Part shown: one piece after another, positions 58,330 through 64,000 of the stretch
How positions within the stretch are numbered: the stretch's first letter is position 1
Layout of the letters: every line of letters starts with the position of its first letter
From: Actinomycetota bacterium
GTDB lineage: Bacteria; Actinomycetota; Thermoleophilia; Solirubrobacterales; Solirubrobacteraceae
Assembly: GCA_009699865.1 (NCBI GenBank)
Contig: WLNJ01000005.1
Location: 2,186 to 66,185, forward strand
Direction of reading: 5' to 3'
Length of the DNA stretch: 64,000 nucleotides
The notes under the pieces: generated by a model
What the model was told of the DNA's origin: nothing
The model's input: the letters and a program-made list of their open reading frames with translations, nothing else
The model's database searches: none
Program-made: the position numbers and the translations under genes

Positions 58330-58333
58330 TCAC

Positions 58334-60064
58334 ATGTCGGGCAATGGCAAAGTAGCTCCAATTGGATTTCCACCGCCGGTGGACTCGCCAGCCGAGTTCA
58401 TCAAGCGCGGAGTAGATGGGGAAGACGAACGGATTGAGGTAGGCGTAGCGATTGTCGGCGGGGGAACCGCCGGCCTCGCATGCGCCAATCGTCTGCTGCA
58501 GCTGTTGGCCGACGATCCGGAAACGATGGAGAAACTGGGTGAGGTCCCGGTTGCCGTCGTTGAGAAGTCGAAGACCTGTGGCGGCCACAACCTCTCGGGT
58601 GCCGTTGTGCGCCCGGAGCCGCTGGAGGAACTCTTCCCAGACTTGAGCCGGGAAGATTGGCGCAAGGCAGGCTTCGCCTTCGGCGAGGTCAAGAAGGAAG
58701 CTATTTACCTCCTTCCCAATGGGAAGACCAAGGTTCGCATCCCGCCGCCACCACCGCTTAAGAACCACGGCAATGAGGTCATTTCAGTCGCCGCAATGTG
58801 CCGCTTCATGCAGCAGAAGGCAGAGGAAGGTGGCGCGTACATCCTCACTGAGACCGCTGCTTCACAGCTGCTCGTTGAGGACGGAACCGTCAAGGGCGTT
58901 CGCTCGGGCGACAAGGGTCGAGGCAAGGACGGCGAGCAGCTTGGCAACTTTGAGCCAGGCGTCGACGTTGCAGCCAAGGCCACTGTTCTTGCTGACGGAT
59001 GCTGGGGCAGCCTCACAGGCGCCGCAATCCGTGAGTTTGGTCTCGGCAAGGACCGCGAGCCACAGACCTGGGAGCTCGGCGTTAAGGAAGTTTGGAAGGT
59101 GGCCAAGCCACTCGACAAGGTCATCCACACGGTTGCCGGTTGGCCGCTGAAGATCAGCGCCAAGCACCACCAGATTGGCGGATCTTGGATCTACCCAATG
59201 AAGGACGAGAAGACCGGAGACGACATGGTCTCGATCGGCTTCGTCGTGGATTTGGATTACGCAGACGCCACAACATCACCGCATGACCTGCTTCAGCAGT
59301 TCAAGACGCACCCAATGGTCAGGAAGATTCTTGACGGTGGCGAGCGCGTCGCATGGGGTGCCAAGGCACTGCCAGCTGGCGGCTACTGGGCGGTTCCAAA
59401 GCTCTCAATGCCAGGGGCTGTGATTGTTGGTGACTCGGGAGGACTGGTCAACACCGCTGCTCTCAAGGGAGTCAACTACGCAATCAAGTCAGGCATTCTT
59501 GCCGCAGAGGCCATCTACGCCAACCTGAAGGCCGGCGAGCCGCTTGAGAAGTACGAGGCTGCTGTTGAGGACTCCTTCATCGGCAAGGACCTCCATGAGG
59601 TCCGAAATGTACGCCAGCCGTTCGCGAAGGGCTTGATCCTCGGTGGGCCGCTTGTCAACCTGATGATCGCCACCAAGGGCAAGTTCCCAGGCGGCCGTTG
59701 GCCACTGCATCGGAATGATGCTCAGCCAATGTTCATCGGCAAGATGGACAAGAAGTACCCCAAGCCTGACGGCAAGCTCACCTTCGACAAGCTGTCGAGC
59801 GTGTTCATCACAGGTAACTCGACGCGCGACGATGCGCCCAATCACATCCGCGTGAAGAAGACTGTTCCGCGTGAGGTGGCTGAGACATGGAAGTGGATGT
59901 GCCCAGCTGGGGTCTATGAGATCCCGGATGACGCGCCCGCAACAGGCGACGTCGATGTGGTCGTCAACTACACCAACTGCGTGCAGTGCGGCGCCATCAC
60001 TGCCAAGGGTGGGCGTCTGACACCCCCTGAAGGCGGCGACGGTCCTCTCTACCAAATCACCTGA
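58334..60064 (+). CDS. electron-transfer flavoprotein:quinone oxidoreductase (ETF-QO)
   Basis: The FAD motif is [14 protein letters not shown]. The C-terminal 4Fe-4S region is WMCPAGVYE...NCVQCGAI. Confidence 0.85.
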   Translation: MSGNGKVAPIGFPPPVDSPAEFIKRGVDGEDERIEVGVAIVGGGTAGLACANRLLQLLADDPETMEKLGEVPVAVVEKSKTCGGHNLSGAVVRPEPLEELFPDLSREDWRKAGFAFGEVKKEAIYLLPNGKTKVRIPPPPPLKNHGNEVISVAAMCRFMQQKAEEGGAYILTETAASQLLVEDGTVKGVRSGDKGRGKDGEQLGNFEPGVDVAAKATVLADGCWGSLTGAAIREFGLGKDREPQTWELGVKEVWKVAKPLDKVIHTVAGWPLKISAKHHQIGGSWIYPMKDEKTGDDMVSIGFVVDLDYADATTSPHDLLQQFKTHPMVRKILDGGERVAWGAKALPAGGYWAVPKLSMPGAVIVGDSGGLVNTAALKGVNYAIKSGILAAEAIYANLKAGEPLEKYEAAVEDSFIGKDLHEVRNVRQPFAKGLILGGPLVNLMIATKGKFPGGRWPLHRNDAQPMFIGKMDKKYPKPDGKLTFDKLSSVFITGNSTRDDAPNHIRVKKTVPREVAETWKWMCPAGVYEIPDDAPATGDVDVVVNYTNCVQCGAITAKGGRLTPPEGGDGPLYQIT

Positions 60065-60107
60065 GTTTTTAGGCTTTCGAGACGGGTTGGCGGACTCATG
60101 AAGTCCG

Positions 60108-60121
60108 TTGACTCGTCAGTC
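60108..60121 (+). promoter_or_regulatory. second copy of the 14-nt motif TTGACTCGTCAGTC
   Basis: Exact match to 56485-56498. It is immediately preceded by the hairpin cggact-catga-agtccg (60091-60107). Confidence 0.3.
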
Positions 60122-60162
60122 GAAACTTGCGCGATGGTCGCGGGTTAGAGAGACTTGTGAAG

Positions 60163-61017
60163 ATGTTGACCAGGGTCCCAGCGGTATTAGTAATCGCGAG
60201 CGCGGCGTTTGCCGCAACAGCAATGGCTGACGGCCAAGCGATGCCAAACGTTCATCCGACCGTGGTCGTGCCGGTCATAACTCACGGACCAGCAGGAGCG
60301 GCCGGCGCCCCAGCCTCGCTGAGGGTCACAAAGTGTGCGACTAGTTCGGTCCTAGCTAACCGGAGGCTTGAGATCCAAGCCCACATGATTGCGGTCACGG
60401 GGACAGTGTCAATGCAGATCCGCGCGCATCTGTTTTACAAGCCCGTCGTCGGAGCAGAAAGGGAGTTGAAGGTGGCAGGGTCCTTGGGTGACTGGGAGCC
60501 GGCTATCTCAGTGAGGACAACTCGCAACTGGATCTTCAACAAGAAGATTGACTCCCTTCCATCCCCAGCTAGGTATCGGATGGAGGTTGACTATCAGTGG
60601 AACGGAAGTGGGTCCAAGGTGGTCAAACACCAGATGCTGAGGACCGTGTCCTGTAACCAGCCTGACTACCGGCCTAACCTCACAATCACCGGGGTTGTCA
60701 GGACGCTCGTCGTTAGCGGCAGCAAGGTCCGCTACGCGGTGACGGTGCGCAATAGCGGCAAGGGGACAGCGCTTGCCGCACAGCTGCGACTGATGATCCT
60801 CCCTGCGGCGACGCCGTTCTATTACCCGGTTGATTCGCGCGGGACTCGACTCTCGACAGGGACGATCAAGGTTGGTGAGTCGAAGGTTCTCTCTATTGAT
60901 GCGCCGAGCTGCTTCGCCGGTAGTACGGCCCTGATTGAGGTGGATCCAGGCAACCTTTTGGCCGAGTCCAACGGCGACGACAACATCTGGACGGGCGGCT
61001 GCTGGCTACCGGACTGA
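60163..61017 (+). CDS. secreted protein with a C-terminal CARDB-like domain
   Basis: Signal peptide [22 protein letters not shown]. The C-terminal [15 protein letters not shown]...[17 protein letters not shown] resembles the CARDB pattern. Confidence 0.5.
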   Translation: MLTRVPAVLVIASAAFAATAMADGQAMPNVHPTVVVPVITHGPAGAAGAPASLRVTKCATSSVLANRRLEIQAHMIAVTGTVSMQIRAHLFYKPVVGAERELKVAGSLGDWEPAISVRTTRNWIFNKKIDSLPSPARYRMEVDYQWNGSGSKVVKHQMLRTVSCNQPDYRPNLTITGVVRTLVVSGSKVRYAVTVRNSGKGTALAAQLRLMILPAATPFYYPVDSRGTRLSTGTIKVGESKVLSIDAPSCFAGSTALIEVDPGNLLAESNGDDNIWTGGCWLPD

Positions 61018-61051
61018 CCCCGAGCGCCTCTCCCCGCTAGAATCATTTTCA

Positions 61052-61267
61052 ATGCGATCCTCGATCCACCCCGAATACATTGAGTCTCAGGTGCGATGCA
61101 CCTGCGGCAACCAGTTCACCACGCGCTCGACGACAGCCGAGATCAGCGTGGAAATCTGCTCGGAGTGCCACCCGTTCTACACCGGCCGTCAAAAGCTAGT
61201 TGATACAGGTGGACGCGTCGAGCGATTCCAGCGTCGTGCGGCCAAGAGCCGCCCGGCAGACGGCTGA
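61052..61267 (+). CDS. rpmE: 50S ribosomal protein L31
   Basis: 71 aa: MRSSIHPEY...CTCGN.F......[24 protein letters not shown]. Confidence 0.9.
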   Translation: MRSSIHPEYIESQVRCTCGNQFTTRSTTAEISVEICSECHPFYTGRQKLVDTGGRVERFQRRAAKSRPADG

Positions 61268-61280
61268 GCAGGTCCGGCTG

Positions 61281-62246
61281 GTGAGCGGGGAGGCCACAGA
61301 GGCCACCCGGCTGCCTGATGGGCGCCTGATGGCTGGTAACGACGCCCCAGTGGGCGGTCAGGCCATCCTTGAAGGCGTGATGATGCGCGGCGTCGGCATC
61401 TGGGCTGTAGCGGTCCGTGAGCCGGAGGGTGAGATTGAGATCCGAAGCTTCCCTCTCAAGTCGGTACTCCGGCGCCACAGAGCACTCCGGCTGCCCGTGA
61501 TCCGCGGGGCCGTTGCTCTCTTTGAGTCAATGGGGATTGGTTTCAAGGCGCTGCAGATCAGCGCGGACATCCAACTCGGGGAGGAAGAGGAACTCAGTCG
61601 CGGTGCTTGGATCGGCGCGATGATCCTCTCGCTCGGACTTGCAGTGGGACTCTTCTTCGTAATCCCTGTTGCGCTGACAAGCCTGATCCGCGGGCAGCTG
61701 CACTCCTCGCTTCTGTTCTGGCTTGTCGAAGGTCTCCTGAGGACCTCCATTTTCTTGGGCTATCTCGCTCTCCTAGCGAAGATGCCTGACCTGCGGCGCG
61801 TGTTTGAGTACCACGGTGCTGAGCACAAGACGATCGCTTGCTATGAGGGCGGTCAGCCACTGACTCCTGAGAACGCTGAGCGCTATTCAAGGCTCCATCC
61901 ACGCTGTGGTACGAGCTTCCTACTGATTGTGATGGTCATCGCCATCTTCATGTTTGCGCCGATCGGCCTTCCGGCTTGGTACTGGCTTGTGCTCTCACGA
62001 ATCCTTGGGGTTCCGCTGATTGCTGGGCTCTCCTTTGAGGCAATCCGCTGGTTCGGCCGCAACCGGTCCAAAAGCTGGGTGCGTAGCCTGATGTGGCCAG
62101 GCCTTCAGCTCCAGAGGCTGACGACTCGCGAGCCTGATCACGATCAGCTTGCCGTTGCAATTGCCTCTCTCCGTGCCGTTCTTGATGGCGAGGACCCGGC
62201 CGACCTTGCCGATGCCGCCAATGCTGGTCTTGAAGTCGCAGCCTGA
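61281..62246 (+). CDS. DUF1385 (YqhQ-like) membrane protein
   Basis: Contains GGQAILEGVMMRG, YHGAEHKTIACYE and RLHPRCGTSF. The start is GTG 61281 or ATG 61329. The ORF-track start 61200 overlaps rpmE. Confidence 0.8.
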   Translation: MSGEATEATRLPDGRLMAGNDAPVGGQAILEGVMMRGVGIWAVAVREPEGEIEIRSFPLKSVLRRHRALRLPVIRGAVALFESMGIGFKALQISADIQLGEEEELSRGAWIGAMILSLGLAVGLFFVIPVALTSLIRGQLHSSLLFWLVEGLLRTSIFLGYLALLAKMPDLRRVFEYHGAEHKTIACYEGGQPLTPENAERYSRLHPRCGTSFLLIVMVIAIFMFAPIGLPAWYWLVLSRILGVPLIAGLSFEAIRWFGRNRSKSWVRSLMWPGLQLQRLTTREPDHDQLAVAIASLRAVLDGEDPADLADAANAGLEVAA

Positions 62247-62257
62247 GGCCGACGGCG

Positions 62258-63307
62258 ATGATTGAGGAACTGGTTGGGAGAATAGAGGCACGCTTTGCTG
62301 AGCTTGAAGCCTCGCTTTCGGACCCAGCTGTGATCGGCGACCGGAATGCTTTTGAGGCCGCAAGCCGCGCCTACTCAGATCTCGAAGAGCCGGCTCGCAT
62401 TGCCAAGGAATGGCGGCGTGCGGTAGGGGATGAGCTGGGCGCCAAGGAACTCCTCGCCGATGGGGACGACCCTGAGATTCGCGAGATGGAGACAGCAGCC
62501 AAGGCTGACCGTGAGGTCCTTGAGGAGCAGATCCGTTTTGCAATGGTTGAAGCAGATCCGAATGACTCCCGCGATGTGATTGTGGAGATCCGACCCGGCG
62601 CCGGTGGTGATGAGGCCAGTCTCTGGGCTGGAGACCTCCACAGGATGCTCGTTCGGTATGCAGAGCGGCGTGGCTTCCAGACGGAGGAGCTTGGTGGCGG
62701 CGAGGGCTCTGCCACGTTTGCGATCAAGGGCAATGGCGCCTACTCGGTATTCAAGTTTGAGGGCGGGACACACAGGGTCCAGCGTGTGCCCGACACAGAG
62801 TCTCAGGGGCGGATCCACACTTCGACGGCGACCGTGGCCGTGCTTCCGGAAGCCGATGAGGTTGAGGTTGATGTCAAGCAGAGCGACCTTCAGATAGATG
62901 TCTATCGCTCCTCGGGGCCAGGTGGCCAGTCAGTCAACACCACTGATTCGGCGGTTCGGATCACCCACAGGCCTACGGGCATCGTGGTCTCCATGCAGGA
63001 CGAAAAGAGTCAGCTCCAAAACAGAGAGAAGGCCATGCGGGTTTTGCGTGCACGTCTCCACGAGCGGGCAATGGAGGAGCAGCAGGCAAAGCTTGCCGCG
63101 GAAAGGTCAGCCCAGGTTGGTACCGGCGCTCGCGGCGAGAAGATCCGGACCTACAACTTTCCTGAGCGGCGGGTCAAGGATCACCGCGTTGGTCTCTTGC
63201 TGCACGACCTTGATGCAGTTCTGGACGGCGACCTTGATGACTTCACATCCGCGTTGCAGGATGAGGAAAAGCGCCAACGGCTCGAGGAACAGGCGCTCGG
63301 ACAGTGA
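62258..63307 (+). CDS. prfA: peptide chain release factor 1
   Basis: Contains RVQRVPDTESQGRIHTSTATV and the GGQ motif SSGPGGQSVNTTDSAVRITH. Confidence 0.95.
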   Translation: MIEELVGRIEARFAELEASLSDPAVIGDRNAFEAASRAYSDLEEPARIAKEWRRAVGDELGAKELLADGDDPEIREMETAAKADREVLEEQIRFAMVEADPNDSRDVIVEIRPGAGGDEASLWAGDLHRMLVRYAERRGFQTEELGGGEGSATFAIKGNGAYSVFKFEGGTHRVQRVPDTESQGRIHTSTATVAVLPEADEVEVDVKQSDLQIDVYRSSGPGGQSVNTTDSAVRITHRPTGIVVSMQDEKSQLQNREKAMRVLRARLHERAMEEQQAKLAAERSAQVGTGARGEKIRTYNFPERRVKDHRVGLLLHDLDAVLDGDLDDFTSALQDEEKRQRLEEQALGQ

Positions 63308-64000
63308 CGCTGGCCCCGCTCGCACTGGTGCGGGAAGGGGCTGCTCAGCTCGCGGAGGCGGGCTGTGAAACACCGCAGCTGGACGCGGAGATTCTGGTTG
63401 CGCACTCACTGGGCACCGACCGGACGGGCTTGCGCCGCATGTCTGAGGAGCCACTAGGCGAAGCGAACGAGGCCGCTGCGCGAGGCCTGCTTGCCAGACG
63501 TGCGCAGAGGGAACCTGTCGCCCAGATTGTTGGCTACCGGTGGTTTAGGAATATTCAGGTCGGCGTTGACAGTCGTGTGCTGACGCCTAGGCCGGAGACC
63601 GAGCTTCTGGTGGAGTGGGGTGTGGGCCTGCCAGCGGATGCCCGCGTGGCAGACATTGGTACTGGGAGTGGTGCGATCGCGCTCGCGCTAGCCGATGAGC
63701 GCCCGGACCTTCAGATCACGGCAAGCGACGTCGATTCCGGCGCTTTGGATGTAGCACGGGCAAACGCGACCCGGCTGGGTCTGGAGATCACTTTCGTACA
63801 GGGAGACCTGCTTGACGCGGTTGATTCTGAACTTGACGCCTTGATCTCAAATCCGCCTTACATCAGCGATTCTGAGCTGACCGGTCTGGACCCTGAGGTC
63901 GTGGACTATGAGCCCCATCTCGCACTTACCGCTGGTCCCGACGGTCTGGAGACCGTAGAGCGGCTGGTGGAACAAGCTGCCCTACGCAAGATCCCTCGGA
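63304..64000 (+). CDS. prmC: release-factor glutamine N5-methyltransferase PrmC (3' end beyond the window)
   Basis: My own translation from GTG 63304 (GTGA overlap with the prfA stop) gives ...REPVAQIVGYRWF...VLTPRPETE...DIGTGSGAIALA...LISNPPYI. The frame is open to the window edge. Confidence 0.85.
   Translation, partial: MTLAPLALVREGAAQLAEAGCETPQLDAEILVAHSLGTDRTGLRRMSEEPLGEANEAAARGLLARRAQREPVAQIVGYRWFRNIQVGVDSRVLTPRPETELLVEWGVGLPADARVADIGTGSGAIALALADERPDLQITASDVDSGALDVARANATRLGLEITFVQGDLLDAVDSELDALISNPPYISDSELTGLDPEVVDYEPHLALTAGPDGLETVERLVEQAALRKIPR

Noticed and set aside
60935-61051. 5' extension of the L31 ORF, and the 61200 start of the DUF1385 ORF
   Set aside because: Both extensions overlap the preceding genes. 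L31 has its normal length from ATG 61052. DUF1385 homology begins after GTG 61281 or ATG 61329.
1-64000. Search for CRISPR arrays, tRNA or rRNA genes, transposases, integrases and prophage genes
   Set aside because: No regularly spaced repeats, no cloverleaf-like or rRNA-like stretches in the short intergenic regions, and no ORF with recombinase or transposase motifs were seen.

Overview
High-GC chromosomal segment, about 60-64% G+C in the three ordinary genes I hand-counted. Gene content and protein motifs look actinobacterial, for example an FtsZ C-terminal DDLDVPEFL peptide, an F420/LLM oxidoreductase and an MGLP-like gene set. The window is densely coding, with many 1-4 nt start/stop overlaps (ATGA, GTGA, TTGA). 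I found no rRNA, tRNA, CRISPR array, transposase or integrase. Most of it is housekeeping or metabolic. This includes bcp and a glutaredoxin-like gene, a PlsC-like acyltransferase, TrpB2, a cold-shock protein, and two acyl-CoA dehydrogenase/thiolase clusters. It also includes MeaB, a split B12 acyl-CoA mutase, EtfBA and ETF-QO. Further genes are glpX, moeA, the principal sigma factor, ParA-like plus FtsZ, GGT, photolyase, hisD, and rpmE-DUF1385-prfA-prmC. The stand-out is a compositionally atypical three-gene minus-strand operon at 2797-5575, about 52-54% G+C by hand count. It encodes a secreted beta-propeller and two tandem secreted proteins. In each, the signal peptide is followed directly by a domain 39-43/70 identical to eukaryotic ubiquitin. 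The diglycine tail is replaced by a shared C-terminal domain, and no E1, E2 or DUB gene lies nearby. Secondary points of interest follow. There is an MGLP-like polymethylated alpha-glucan gene set at 41925-47019. A ParA-like ATPase is translationally coupled to an N-terminally extended ftsZ outside any dcw context. Two large GT-C-like membrane proteins sit in tandem. A MerR-family regulator has an 18-bp perfect palindrome on its start codon. The split acyl-CoA mutase is interrupted by an SRPBCC gene. A shared 14-nt motif brackets the etf operon. All functional calls rest on motif recognition by eye and no searches were run.
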